This document shows, in pieces, positions 12,901 to 26,455 of a stretch of DNA of 64,000 nucleotides (positions are counted from its first letter, which is position 1; each line of letters starts with the position of its first letter). The notes under the pieces are model-generated. The model made no database searches. It was not told where the DNA came from and saw nothing but the letters and a program-made list of their open reading frames with translations. The position numbers and the translations under genes were made by a program. This DNA comes from Azolla caroliniana. Taxonomy: Eukaryota > Plantae > Polypodiophyta. The stretch is from positions 4,464,001 to 4,528,000 of the forward strand of contig JBHGNT010000021.1 in the NCBI GenBank assembly GCA_043228905.1, read 5' to 3'.

Positions 12901-14271
12901 CATTCAGAACGCAGGAATCAGACCGACCATTGACGAGTTCGCAGAAGCCTTCGCCGGAAGGTCGATCTATTTGGTTGGGGATCTATACTCGGGGTACGAC
13001 CAGTTCCAACTAGCCGTGGAGAGCAGGGATATTACGACGATGCAGACTCCTCTCGGCCTAGGGCAGATGTGTACCTTGCTACAAGGAGGCACCAACTCGG
13101 TGGCGCACATGGTGAACGCTATGAACAAAGTGCTGAGAGACTGCATACCGGACATCACCATGCTGTTTTTGGATGACATATCAATAAAAGGGTGTCCGGT
13201 GGAGGATAAGGATGAGTTGGTTGCACCGAACGGTTGCCGGAGGTTTGTTGCGGATCACATCAAAGACTGCGAAAGGGTGCTACAAAGGCTAGAAAGCGCA
13301 CGACTCACCTTCTCCGGAGAAAAATCGGCTTTCGGTCAATCAGAAATCTTGGTGGTTGGTCACTTGTCTGGGCCTTATGGCCGGAAATTGTCTCCGGCAA
13401 AGGTCGAAGCCATTTCCGTGATGAAGGAGGAATGCAAGTCGGTAACGGAGGTGCGGAGGTTCTTGGGGGTGTGTGCATTCTACCACATATGGGTTCCGCA
13501 TTACGCACACGTCGTGGAACCACTCTATGGGTTGTTAAAGAAAGGGCGAAAGTTCAAATGGAGTAATGAACATACGGAATCAGTCCGGAGATTAAAAGAG
13601 GCGCTTACCACAACACCAGCTTTCCGAAAAGTGGTTTACGGCAAGGAGGTCCCCATCTACGTAACCGTAGACACAAGCCCGACAGGGATAGGATGGGTGA
13701 TCAATCAGGAGGATGAGAGCGGCGTGCGGTTCCCGATCCGGTTCGGGGCGAAGGTATTGAGCGAGCGGCAACGAGGATACGCCCATGTAAAGCGCGAACT
13801 ATGGGGTATCGTTTCGGCAGTCAAGGCCGATAAGGACTATCTAATTGGGACGGATTGCCTACCGATTCTCGGTATGGTCTCTGGATGCGTGACTCCGGAC
13901 CTAGCTATGCTCAGGTGGATCACATACATCAAGTCCCTAAATCCGGAGATATGACACATCTCTGGTAAAGACAACACCATGGCCGACATGCTTTCAAGAG
14001 CACGGTTCGATGACTAGGATGGCATGGTTTTGGAGAACGAAGAAGTTGGTGAGGACTTCTTCGAGTCGGCTCGCATAGCGACAAGGGTAGGGAGCACTCC
14101 GGTGCTCAACGAGTTCAATGAGAGCGAGTATGTCAGGGAGTGGCTCCAGGTTGGAAGGTTCCTAAGGACAATGACACTGGACATGGTGTGGACTAAAGAC
14201 GAGGCAAACCCGATCCGAAAGAAGGCCTACCGATTCTTCCTATGAGACGGAAGCATATGGAAGCACCCGAA
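9994..14271 (+). pseudogene. gag-pol: B gag-PR / RT-RNase H, with stops and frameshifts
   Basis: Knuckle remnant CMWCGTVGYIQKEC, protease ALIDHRSEINL, RT DLYSGYDQF and FLDDI, RNase H VTVDTS. Confidence 0.88.
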
Positions 14272-17200
14272 GGCCATGGCGTTGTCCTTTCCGGAGATGT
14301 GCCGTATCTCCGGGTTCAGGGTCTTGATGTACGCTATCCACCGGGGCATTGCTAGGTCCGGCGTCGCGCATCCGGAAATCATGCCAAGTATAGGCTGGCA
14401 GTCCGTCTCGATAATCACCTCCGTCCCGATCAGATAATCCTTGTCGGCCTTGACTGCCGAAACGACACCCCAAAGTTCGTGCTTAACTTGGGTGTACCCT
14501 CGCTGCCGCTCGCTCAACACCTTCACCCCGAACCGGATCGGGAATCGTACGCCGCCCTCGTCCTCCTGACTGATTACCCACCCGATCCCGGTCGGGCTGG
14601 TGTCCACCGTTACGCAGATGGGAACATCCTTGCTGTAAACCGCTTTAGGGAGATCCGGCGCCGTCGTAAGCGCCTCCTTTAGTCTCCGAACCGACTCCGT
14701 GTGCTCCGTCCTCCACTCAAAGCTACGCCCCTTTTTCAATAGTCCGTAGAGGGGTTCCGTGACATGTGCGTAGTGCGGGATCCAGATGTGGTAGAACGCG
14801 CATGCCCCCAAGAATCTGCGGACCTCCGTGACCGACCCGCAATCGTTCCTCATCGCGGAGATGGCCTCTACCTTTGCCGGAGACGGTTTCCTACCGTAAG
14901 GCCCGCACAGGTGTCCAACCACCAAGATCTCCGACTGTCCGAAGGCCGACTTTTCCCCGGAGAAGGTGAGCCTCGCGTGCTCTAGCCTTTGTAGCACCTT
15001 CTCGCAGTCATCGATGTGGGACGCCACGAAATTCCGACATCCGTCCGGCCCGATTGCCTCGTCCCTTTTCTCCACCGGGCATCCCTGGATCGGGATGTCG
15101 TCTAAGAACGACATGGTGATGTGCGGGATACAATCCCTGAGCACTTTGTTCATTGCATTCACCATGTGAGCCACTGAGTTCGTCCCTCCTTGTGGCAGGG
15201 TACACATCCGCACTAGGCCGAGAGGAGTCCACATCGTCGTGATGTCTCTGCTCTCCACGGCTAGTTGGAACTGATCGTATCCCGAGTATAGGTCACCGAC
15301 GGAATAGATCGACCTTCCAGCGAAGGCCTCCGCGAACTCGTCTATTGTCGGTTCGATCCCTGCGTTACGGATGGTCACCTTGTTGACCAGTTGTAGGTCC
15401 TGGATGAAGCGCAACGTGTCGTTCTTCTTCGGCACCGTAAACCACCAATTCGAATACGGGGCACTCGATGGTTCGAGGATGCCCATCTCCACCTTTTGCT
15501 TTAGGAGCTCCAACAACTTCGGGATGTGAGCTCTTGGCACCGTAATCGGCTTGAGACTCCACGGTACATGCGGTACCATGAAGATCACCATCGGTTCGAC
15601 AACTGTCGGGTCTACGCACCCCATCTCCTCCGGTGAGAATGCGAAAGCTTTCCCGTGCCTTCCGAGGATTCTCCGAAACCAGTCCTCCTTCGCCGGCAGT
15701 AGGAAGCCGCCCCCACCAACCTTGAGCTCCCGTAGCGTTATGTCGGTGAACCGGTGCCCTATGCTAGCTGGATTCCGTAAACTTGGGTCCGACGCGACCC
15801 CTTTCATCCGCTCCTTGCTGCCCTCCGGCAAGGGTGCCGCGACTGGCCTCACCTTCCGGTCCACAGTCTTGTATTTTGTATCCACGCGGGCCGTCCGATC
15901 TGACCTGATCCTTTCCCCGAAGCCCGCGATGACTTCGTACATTCCCATCGATCCTACCGGAACGGTCCGGTCTTCTCTAAGGTCTTCATCGATCACCTTT
16001 TGTAGTTCGCCCAAGGTGTCGTCAAAAGAGACCGCCTCCACGGCGCCGTTGATGTCTTCATCGGGGAAGAGGACTCCACATCTCTTGAGCCGCTCCTCCG
16101 CTCGCTTCCTCTCCCGGCCGTTGACGCTGGTTATAGTACAACCTCCGTTGTCAGAGAACCAAAACTTCCTACCCATGGTACAAGTCTTCTTCTGTACTGT
16201 ACATTTGTGGGGTTGTTCCCGGGAGTCCGGACTATCGCGGCCCCACGCCTTGATAGTCCTCTCTAAAAATCCCCTCGGGCTTCGTTGCCGAGGGCCTCGC
16301 GGTTACACTCGTGGTTCGGTCTCACCGTTAGGAACTAGACCGAGTGGCGCCCGTCCTGGCTTTTGACTCTTGTATAGGCCGAACCGTTGTCCAGCACCTT
16401 GGTCTCCATCCGTGCCACCGTGATATATGGCTCTCCTAGTATAACCGGATGCGAGGACGTCTCCTGCACGAAGAACTGCTGGTCGATCTCGACATCGCCG
16501 ATTTTCACCCGTACGTTCGGACAGGCCCCATGTAGTTCTTCCGTGGCGCGCGTCGTTGCCCGTATCTTCCAGCCGTGCTTGGTGTTGATCGGCCATTTAC
16601 CCTTCTTGTAGAACTCCATGGACATCAGGTTGATTTCGGATCCATGGTCTACCAGCGCCACCACCGGTTCCAGAACGTTGCCGATTCGTACGGGGGTTTC
16701 CGTAGTCGCCCTGGCCCAATGCGGCTTCGTGTAGTGGCTTCCCGCCAGCTCGTCTTCCAAGGCTTCGTCTTCCAGGTGCGTGGTTCGCACCTCCACCGGC
16801 TTCTCCGGTTCCGGCTCCGTCGAGAGCCTCTTACGCTTCACCAAGTCTACAATAGAGTCGTGGAACTCCCTCTTGGCGATCCCCAGCACCTCCCGCAATG
16901 ACAACTCCACTTTACTATCGAGGATTCGCTCTTCAAGGACCATCCTTAGGTCCGTTGCTCTCTCGATTTCGGTGCTCAACCGAAACCCCGCCTGCTTCTT
17001 CCCATCCGGCACGCCTGGGTTGCCGGCACCGGTCGGTTTCGGTCCAAACCGGGTCTCATACCTCGGGGGGCCGACCCCTCCGGCCTTTCCTGCCCGTTTT
17101 TCCTCCACCAGAACTTCGTAGTTCTGGCAAGTGGCTTCTACGAAGCCTGTTTTCTCTTCCACCGGATCATCCCAACCGGTGACCTCCTGGACCCGCTGTT

Positions 17201-19073
17201 CCGCGCGGTCCGCCTCTTCCCTCCTCAGCCGAACTCCGGAGAGGCCTTCAAGCACTAGCAGCCAGGATCCGGAGTCCTTCACCTTCCGGGTCTCATCACC
17301 CCCGACCCGAATTCCTGCCGACACTGAGTAGTTAACGGCTTTGACGTGCCGTGCCGCAGCCTCTTCCATCAACCTCTTCATGCCGCCGCGCCTCGTATTC
17401 AGTTCCAGGGCTCTTCGGGTCTCGCTTGCGTGCACCCGCCTATTCCAGAGGTACACCACGTTGGTCCTGAGCGCGTCGGCGAAGTCTGCGTAGTCCTTCT
17501 GAATGTGACCGATCGCGTCACACCACATGCACCGGTGCCCGCCGGCGGCCTCCGATCGCGAGGTTGTTCACCGCTATCTCTTCGGGCCTGTGCGATCTGC
17601 AGGTCGCGCACCATCTGTGTTAGCTCCTCCAGAGCCGCTCCTCTGGACAGGCCTCTGACCACGTCGTTCGATGCCGACCCCAACTCCGGCCAGATTCGGG
17701 TCTCTTCCTTCCTCCCAACCGACACTGAAACCGGCTCCTCGAGCCTCCTCCCCGGGACCGGCCCCGACCCCAACGCGCTTCTGTTGCTCCAATCGCGCCG
17801 TTTGTCGAAACGGCTGCAGACCCGTTTTACCATGGCCCAATCCGTCGTGAGCCCTTCGTCCGTTTCCAGTAGGGGACCCACCTTTTCCCTGTCGAGTGCA
17901 TCCACCGACTTGACAAATAGCAGCACTCGACTCGTTTCGAGCACCGTCCGGTCCAGCGTCGACAGCTGCGCGAACCGTTTTTCGAACTCCTGGAGGAGGA
18001 CCGACGTGTTCCTCCCTTTTTCGGGGCTTTCCACCCACGCCATGAAGTCCCGCCTCGACAGCCGGAGCGAGTCGTCAAACCCGTACTTCTCGAGGAGCTG
18101 CAGCTCGAACTCCTCCCAAGTCTGGCATTCGGCCAGCACCTCGAGCACCTCCGCATGGATGCCCGGCGTCACCACCCGAGGGAATCCGGACAGCTGCCTG
18201 TCCACCGGGATATCCCTCATGATCATTTCGACCCGGTAAGCCTCCAAATAACTTGTGGCGTCTTTCCCTCCGAAACGGCCTATAGAGCCGACGATCGATT
18301 CAATGGCTCTGTCGAGGGTACCCGTTCCCTCATGAGTGCTCACCAGCCGGTCGACGGCCACCACCATCGCCTCTGCTGGCTCCGATCCCCTCATCTTTCG
18401 ACTCCTTTGCCGCCCTTTTCACGTCGGGTTCACAAAATATGTCGCGTTATTACGCGCGTACGTGTAGAAAGGGGCGGGACCACGGGGGTCTTGGACCGAG
18501 GAGTGAGAGAGAGAGATACAGAGAGAGAGAAAGATTCACCGACACGTAGAAGCGAGGAAGTGAGAAACAGAACGTAACACTTAATTATAATGATAGAGAT
18601 TACAAACTCCGACAGTTACAACCGACAAAGCAGCGACGGGCCCGACACGGGGACCCTACTCACGCACACCGACGACGGTCACCGACTCCAAGAAACAAAA
18701 GGGGAAGGGGAGAGACTCTGTTGGAAGCACACGGGCTGTCCACGAAGCAGAGGCAGCGACCTCCCGACACCCGCAGAGAGTGACGATTCGTCCTCCAAGA
18801 GAGAGAGCTCCTCTTCCGTTCTGCAGCAACCTCCCTCCTCCTCCTCGCGCGCGATATCCTTCTCTCTTGTCAAGTCCCTTTTTATTCCCTGTCCTCCCCT
18901 CCGTCTGACAGAGATACGCACAATCTCCTGATAAATGCGTGCCGCCTCGTATTTCACCCACCGATCCGTTTATGAATCGGGTACAAAATATCAAGTTACG
19001 CGTCCATCCGTGTAAGAGCCGGTTCACGCGCCTTTCTCTCCGAATCCGCCTATGGCCGATTTTCTTCACAACA
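14272..19073 (-). mobile_element. Element I: 3'-truncated Trp-primed gypsy inserted antisense inside the B integrase
   Basis: 5' LTR 18440-19073, mutated PBS near 18419-18435, gag 17399-18394, gag-PR 16335-17528, RT-RH 14272-16176. No integrase or 3' LTR. Confidence 0.88.
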
Positions 19074-20136
19074 CCGTGCTTATACTAGGACGTGCACCGG
19101 TTTGTGACGACGTGCGAGAATTGTCAGATGCACTCCGCAATCCGGCATCGAGACGAGCTAAACCCGACTTACCCGCCGACCGTCCACTTCAAATGGATAG
19201 TGGACTTAGTAACGATGCCAATGGGAGTAGGACAGATGTGGTATCTGGTGCTTGCGCGGGGAGGACTTAACAAATCAGGTGGAAGGCTGCACACTGTAGA
19301 ACAAGACAACAACGGATGTATGCATGTTCCTGATCAAAGAGGTGGTATGCCGATACGGGTGCGCAGGGAAGATCATGGCTGACCGGGGAGAGTTGGATGT
19401 GCAGGAAGCCGAAGAGTTATTCGATAGGTTAGGGGTGAAGCTCTATCTCACTACGACGTACAACCTGGAGGTGAACGGAAAGGTAGAATGCGGACATAGG
19501 CCGATCGTGAAGGCTTTAGTACGTGCATGCGTAGGGCAGGTTGGGAATTGGCCACGACTCCTTCCTTACACACTATGGGCAGACCGGACAATGCATAGTT
19601 CAATGATCGGGTACATGCCGATAGAGCTGATGTATGGGTAGAAACCGGTCATGCCGGTGGAACGGACAATTACCTCATGGGCAACGATAGATTGGAGGAA
19701 CGAGATGAGCCGAGAAGAGCTGTTGGCGGCGCAGATTCGACAGCTCGAGCGAAGACTAGAGGACGTGGTGGGGGCAAAGGCGAAGCTGCAAACGACGAGG
19801 GAGAGGAACAAATGCCAGTTCGACTGAACACATCGGTTGCGGCCAAAGAAGATTGAAGAAGGCGAGTAGGTGAGGGTGTACGACAGTAGCCTCGACAACC
19901 AGCACAAGGCGACGCGCAAATTCGCAAGGAGGTGGTTCGGGTCCTACGCCGTAACGAGCGCGAACGACAATGGCACCTACCATCTTGCGGAGCTCGACAG
20001 GACGCGATTAACAGTACCGGTAGCTGGGAAGAGGATCAAGGCGTTCAAGAAGCGGAACGAGAACGAGTCGGACCTGGGGAGTGAGGACGATGATGACCGG
20101 TTCGGAGTAGGTGGTGAACCAGAGAGCGAAAAATGA
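19074..20136 (+). pseudogene. pol: B integrase remnant
   Basis: HRFVTTCENC, KWIVDLV, ADRGE and WFGSY motifs, with several stops. Confidence 0.85.
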
Positions 20137-20615
20137 TCGAGGGTCGGTCTTCTTTGGCAAAAGTCTATTCTGGCGCATACCGGAGGATGTGCGGTTAGTT
20201 GCGGGCGGATGTTGTGGAGAAAACCGTCCCTAGGAGGAATCGGTGGATAGTGTGCATGAACCGGCCCATACACACGAGCACATGTTTTGATGTATTTACA
20301 TAGTACAGGGTGGCGATGTAATATCCTAGGTAGCATGGATTTATTAGATAAGGGATCGAAGAGGATCTCTGTCCGGAAGGACAAAGAACAAAAGCGATGT
20401 AACAGTCTGTAACGGTTCTCTCTCCTTGTGCTATAAAAGGAGAGGAAAGGGGCTGAGTGGGGGAGCGCAATTTTGGAGAGGGCGAAGTGCTGTCGGACTG
20501 GGAACCGAGCTCTAGCCTCCACTTCCATTGTTGCTTCTACAGGGATTTTGGGTTAGGTTGGTTGCCTCTGCTATGTGAAAGTTGTTGGGAGACAATTCGG
20601 CCGAGGCCGAAATAA

Positions 20616-20840
20616 GATGAGGAGTACCCGGCTACGGAGAGCCGGATGGTGCAGGCCCGGTGTGAACCGGATGAGGAGTACCCGGTTACGGAGAACCGGA
20701 TGGTACAGGCCCGGTGAGAACCGGAAGAGGAGTACCCGGCTACGGAGAGCCGGATGGAGCAGACCCGGTATGAACCGGATGAGGAGCACCCGGCTACGGA
20801 GAGCCGGATGACGCAGATCCAGTGAGAACCGGAGGAAGAG
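20616..20840 (+). repeat. 54-bp tandem repeat (~4 copies) in H U3, also at ~25511-25735
   Basis: Unit GATGAGGAGTACCCGGCTACGGAGAGCCGGATGGTGCAGGCCCGGTGTGAACCG. Confidence 0.9.
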
Positions 20841-21332
20841 ACATATTCGTAAATATGTTTCTGAGTGCCCATCGAGGCTATATTTGTAAATAGCCGAAAA
20901 GTCATATTAGTATAAATATGACTTAGGGCAAACTTTTTTAGTGTTGTTGATGTTGTCATTCTTGTTGGAAAAAGTATAGCGAGAGCACGTAACTGTGTAC
21001 AGAGAGAGAGAGAGAGAGAGAAAGAGGTCGTTGCCTTTGTTGTAACCGCCGCCTGTGGTGAAGATCTGTGAGCACGAGGTCGTTGCCTCAGTGAACTCAC
21101 GGTTGTACATTCTTACATAGTGACAGTTTGCAGCCTGTGGGCTGCCGTGGTTTTTCCCCTAGTTTGGGGTTTTCCACGTAAACTTCCTGTGTACCTTTTT
21201 CTCTCCTTTGCGTCGCGTGTTTTTTCGTTTCCTGTTTTCTGTGTATGAAAAGAATCTTGGTTGTGGCCGAGCGTCGTGGATAAGGAGCGTTGAGTTCCCG
21301 TCAAGTGGTATCAGAGCGAAACGACACAGAAA

Positions 21333-24300
21333 ATGGACGAATCGTTTGGCGGCATGTTCAAGCTCACCGGCTCCAACTATTCAGTGTGGAAGTCGAAGAT
21401 GAGGGACATGCTCGTGGTTAAAGACCTCTGGCTGCCGGTTCAGTTCGGGGACAAGAGACCGGACAAAATCGACGCCGCGATATGGGAGGTGATGCATATG
21501 AAGACAACGGTGTACATACGGTGCTTCATCGACATGAGCCTGTACAACAACTTCAATGAAGAGAGCAAGTCTCATGAGCTCTGGGAGAAGATTGGCATAA
21601 TGTTTCAAAACAAAAATGCTGTTAATCATGTCTCGGTATTCCGGAAGCTAGTAAGACTCCGATACCAAGATGGCTCCAGCATGGAAGAGCATATGAATGC
21701 CTTCCAGGGGCTGATACACCAGGCAACGTCAGTGGAAGTACCTCTCGCCGATGAGGTACTAGCGCTACTCCTGCTCGGTTCCCTCCCGGATAGCTGGGAG
21801 ACGTTGGTTGTCACTTTGGGCAACGCCGGGCCGGAAGGAAAATGGTTATCCCTAGCAAGAGTAAAGTCGAGCTTGCTAGATGAGGAGGCGCGTCGGAAAG
21901 ACAAAGATACGAGCTCCGACTCCAAAGCACTCCTTACCGAATCGGAACGCGGAAGACAGAGAAACCGTAGTCCCCAGAATCGAGAGAAGTCGGGGACACG
22001 GTCAAAGTCAAGGGGGAGGCCTACTTGCTTCTATTGCGGCAAGCCGGGACACTTCCAAAAGAACTGTCGGCATTTCCGTAAAGACAAGGAAACCGACGGT
22101 ACCAATTCGAAGCAAACCTCAGACCGGAACGGTAAAGACCGGAACGGTAAAGACCGGAACGGTAAAGACCGGAACGGTAAAGACCGGAGGGGGCCGGACC
22201 GGAAGGGAACGACGGCAATCGCGGCAAGTGAAGAAGAGTTGATGCTCATCACCGAGGAGAGTGAGATAAACCTTGCCGGCGACGAGATGACCTGGGTGGT
22301 AGACTCCGGAGCGTCGTTCCACCTTACCTCGGACCGGAAATGCTTCTCATCCTACTCAGCCGGTGACCACGACTGTGTCCGGATGGGGAATGAAGGTACA
22401 TGCCGAATTGTCGGCATAGGAGACGTGTGGCTGTCAACACCAACTGGATGCAAGTTGCTGCTGAAGGATGTCTGACACGTTCCGGAGGTTCGTTTGAACC
22501 TAATATCAGCCGGTCGGCTAGATGATGAAGGCTACACGGGTAGCATCCGGAACAGTGTCATGAAGTTCAGCAAAGGGAGCCTGATTGTGGCTCGGGCCCG
22601 GAAGGTCAACACACTGTACCTGATGAATGCCCGGTTATGCCCGGAAGAAGTGAACGTGGCATCCGACACTACCGGTGAGCTGTGGCACAGGAGACTGTGT
22701 CACATGAGCGAGAAGGGGATGAAGAGGCTTGCAGAAGACAACCTCATTCCAGTGAAGAACGTGCACTTTGAGAAGTGCACTGACTGTCTGGCTGGTAAAC
22801 AAAACCGGACCTCCTTCCGACCAAGGCCACCGATGAGACGTAATGCACCACTAGAGTTGGTGCATACGGATGTGTGTCAAGTAGACACGAAGTCACATGC
22901 TGGAGCGCAGTACTTCGTGACGTTTATAGATGACCACAGCCGGAAGCTGTGGGCCACACCGTTTAAGACGAAGGATCAGGTGCTATCCGTCTTCAAAGAG
23001 CTCCACGCGAGAGTGGAAAGAGAAACCGGCCGGAAGCTGAAGGCGGTTCGAGCAGATAACGGAGGAGAATACCGGGGGCAGTTCGAGGAGTACTGCCGCT
23101 CGAAGGGAATCCGGCTCGAATTTACCGTGCCGAAGACGTCGGAACTAAACGGGCTGGCCGAGAGGATGAACCGGACCATAATGGAGATGGTCTGGAGTAT
23201 GCTAGCGCATGCAAAACTACCCAAGAAGTTTTGGGCTGAGGCACTGTCGACGGCGACATATGTGATAAATAGATCACCCTTAGTACCCTTGGACGGAGAC
23301 ACGCCACAGAGAGTGTGGACCGGTAAGGAAGTATCCTACTGGCATCTGAAGGTGTTCGGGTGTCTCACGTACGTGCATGTAGCCAAGGACCGGAGAGGAA
23401 AGTTAGATTCAAAGACCCGGCCATGCATATTCCTCGGTTACGGTGACGATGAGTTTGGCTACCGAGTGTGGGACCTGGTTGACAAGAAGGTATTCCGGAG
23501 TCGAGATATTATCTTCATGGAGAACAAGATGCTCGCCGACTGGGAGTTGGAGAAGAAGATAATGAACTCCGAGTCGACCGGTAAGGATAGACTCTATGAT
23601 GAGCAGACCCAACCGAAAAGAGACCGGTTAGCACTCGAGGAACCAGCCGGTTACGGTGAGGATACCGAACCGGCAGAAGAAGAGGTAGAGGAAGCTGAGA
23701 CCGGAACCGGCCAAGACCCCGAATCGGATTCGGATGAAGAGCAAATGGAGGAGCCGGTTACCGAAGCCCGAAGATGGAGATATCCTCTCAGAGAGAGAAG
23801 GGCCCCCTGGAGATTTCCAGATGCAGAGCATGTTCTGCTGACCGATGAGGGGGAGCTGGAAAGCTTCGAAGAAGTGAAGGAAGACACCCACAACCGAAAA
23901 TGGTTAAGTGCCATGCAGGATGAGATGGATTCCTTGCATGAGAACCATACATACGAATTGGTGGAGTTGCCGAAAGGAAAGCGGGCACTCCGAAACAAGT
24001 GGGTGTACAAGTTGAAACCGGGAGATGCCGGCAACCCCCCGAGATACAAAGCTAGGATCGTGGTGAAGGGGTTCCAGTAGAAGAAGGGTGTGGACTTCGA
24101 TGAGATATTTGCCCCGGTAGTAAAGATGACCTCCATCCGGACGGTGCTGAGTATAGCAGCAAGCATGGACCTTGAGGTAGAGCAGCTGGACGTGAAGACG
24201 ACATTCCTTCACGGCGACCTCGAAGAGGTGATCTACATGCAGCTACCGGAAGGATTCGTGGAGAAAGGGAAGGAGCACCTGGTATGCCGGTTGAAGAAGA

Positions 24301-25423
24301 GCCTGTACGGACTAAAGCAGGCTCCCCGACAATGGTACTGGAAGTTCGACTCCTTCATGACCGATCAAGGGTACCACAAGACGCAGGCCGATCACTGCGT
24401 GTTTGTGAAGAAGTTCGAAGGAGGCGACTTCTTGATACTCCTCCTGTACGTGGATGACATGTTGATCGTCGGACGGGACCAAGTCAAAATACAGATACTG
24501 AAGAAGGCTCTCAACCGGATCTTCTCAATGAAAGACTTGGGTCCGGCAAGACAGATGCTGGGGATGCACATCATTCGGGACCGGTCAGTGAAGCAATTAT
24601 GGCAGTCACAGGAGAAGTATGTGACAAAGGTGCTTCACCGGTTCAACATGTCAGAAGCGAAACCGATCGGATCGACACTTCCGACAAATTGCAAGCTATC
24701 TGGTAAGCAAAGCCCGAAGACGAAAGCAGAGAAGGCGGATATGATGAAGATTCCATATGCCTCTGCCGTCGGGAGCTTGATGTACGCAATGGTGTGTACC
24801 CGACCGGACATAGGATACGCAGTTGGAGTGGTGAGCCGGTTTATGAGCAATCCCGGCAAGGAGCACTAGAACGCGGTCAAATGGATACTTCGGTATTTGA
24901 AGGGCACTTCAAATATGTGTCTCCGATTCGGCTCCGGAAAACCTCAACTGGACGGTTTCACTGATTCGGACATGTCAGCTGATGTGGATACCAGCCGGTC
25001 TACATCCGGGTATGTAATGACATATGCAGGGGAGCTGTTTCGTGGCAGTCGAGGCTGCAGAAGACGGTTGCATTGTCAACCACAGAGGCGGAGTACATGG
25101 CGGCTGTGGAAGCCGGCAAGGAAATATTATGGATGAAGGACTTCATCGGAGAGCTCGGTAAACGGCAAGAGGAATACCGACTCTATTGCGACAGTCAAAG
25201 TGCCATCCACCTTGCTAAGAATGCGGCCTACCATTCCCGGACGAAGCATATCCAGCGGAGGTATCACTGGATCCGGGAAAGAGTAGATGACCAGGAGTTC
25301 GCACTGACGAAGATCCACACGGCCAAGAACGGGTCAGATATGCTGACCAAAGTGTTGACACCCGACAAGCTGGACGCATGCCGGAAGAGGATCGGACTGG
25401 TAAGACACCCCATACCGGAGTGA
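21333..25423 (+). pseudogene. gag-pol: H gag-PR-IN-RT-RH polyprotein with three stops and one frameshift
   Basis: CFYCGKPGHFQKNC, WVVDSGAS, LVHTDV, YVDD and SDMLTK motifs. Stops at 22473, 24078 and 24867, frameshift near 25030. Confidence 0.93.
22122..22187 (+). repeat. 15-bp in-frame repeat (DRNGK x4) in H gag
   Basis: GACCGGAACGGTAAA repeated. Confidence 0.9.
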
Positions 25424-26455
25424 AGGGGGAGTTTGTTGGGAGACAGGTCCCTCCGGATGGGAAGGGAGAAGAACAGTGCCGATGAACAAACTCGGCCGAG
25501 GCCGAAATCAGATGAGGAGTACCCGGCTACGGAGAGCCGGATGGTGCAGGCCCGGTGTGAACCGGATGAGGAGTACCCGGTTACGGAGAACCGGATGGTA
25601 CATGCCCGGTGAGAACCGGAAGAGGAGTACTCGGCTACGGAGAGCCGGATGGAGCAGACCCGGTATGAACCGGATGAGGAGCACCCGGCTACGGAGAGCC
25701 AGATGACGCAGATCCGGTGAGAACCGGAGGAAGAGACATATTCGTAAATATGTTTCTGAGAGCCCATCGAGGCTATATTTGTAAATAGTTGAAAAGTCAT
25801 ATTAGTATAAATATGACTTAGGGCAAACATTTTTAGTGTTGTTGATGTTGTCATTCTTGTTGGAAAAAGTATAGCGAGAGCACGTAACTGTGTACAGAGA
25901 GAGAGAGAGAGAGAGAAAGAGGTCGTTGCCTTTGTTGTAATCACCGCCTGTGGCGAAGATCTGTGAGCACGAGGTCGTTGCCTCAGTGAACTCACGGTTG
26001 TACATTCTTACGTAGTGACAGTTTGCAGCCTGTGGGCTGCCGTGGTTTTTCCCCTAGTTTGGGGTTTTCCACGTAAACTTCCTGTGTACCTTTTTCTCTC
26101 CTTTGCGTCGCGTGTTTTTTCGTTTCCTGTTTTCTGTGTATGAAAAGAATCTTGGTTGTGGCCGAGCGTCATGGATAAGGAGCGTTGAGTTCCTGTCAAA
26201 AGCCCGTGTGCTTCCGGTAGAGGCTCCTCTGCGTATTTCAGTGCATGTGTTCGTCTGTGTTGAGTCTGTCACCGTCTCACCGGTTGTAGCATTGCAAGTT
26301 CTGTAATCTATGCTATTATTGGAATTGATTCTTCGTTCTGTCTCTCTGTGTTTCTGCGAATCTCTCTCCCTCTTCTCTCTCACACTCCTCGGTTCAGGGC
26401 CCACGCGGTCTCGCCTTACTTCAAAGTTCATATGCGAGAGTGTAACAACATGACA

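Larger units (their letters stand above)
20583..26198 (+). mobile_element. Element H: Ty1/copia (Tnt1/Tork-like), full length but decayed, inserted in the B 3' LTR
   Basis: LTRs 20583-21303 and 25434-26198, PBS tRNA-iMet TGGTATCAGAGC at 21306, PPT GAAGGGGGAG at 25422, TSD AAAGT/AAAGC. Confidence 0.95.
9328..26455 (+). mobile_element. Element B: tRNA-Trp-primed Ty3/gypsy (Phygy-like), decayed, hosting I and H
   Basis: 5' LTR 9328-9946 (TGTCGTG...CACGACA), PBS TGGTGAACCCAACGTG at 9953, and a 3' LTR split into 20210-20582 plus 26199-26455. Confidence 0.9.

Noticed and set aside
20537-21100. ORFs duplicated in LTR pairs (H, E, F, G, D)
   Set aside because: The duplication reflects LTR identity, not conserved genes.
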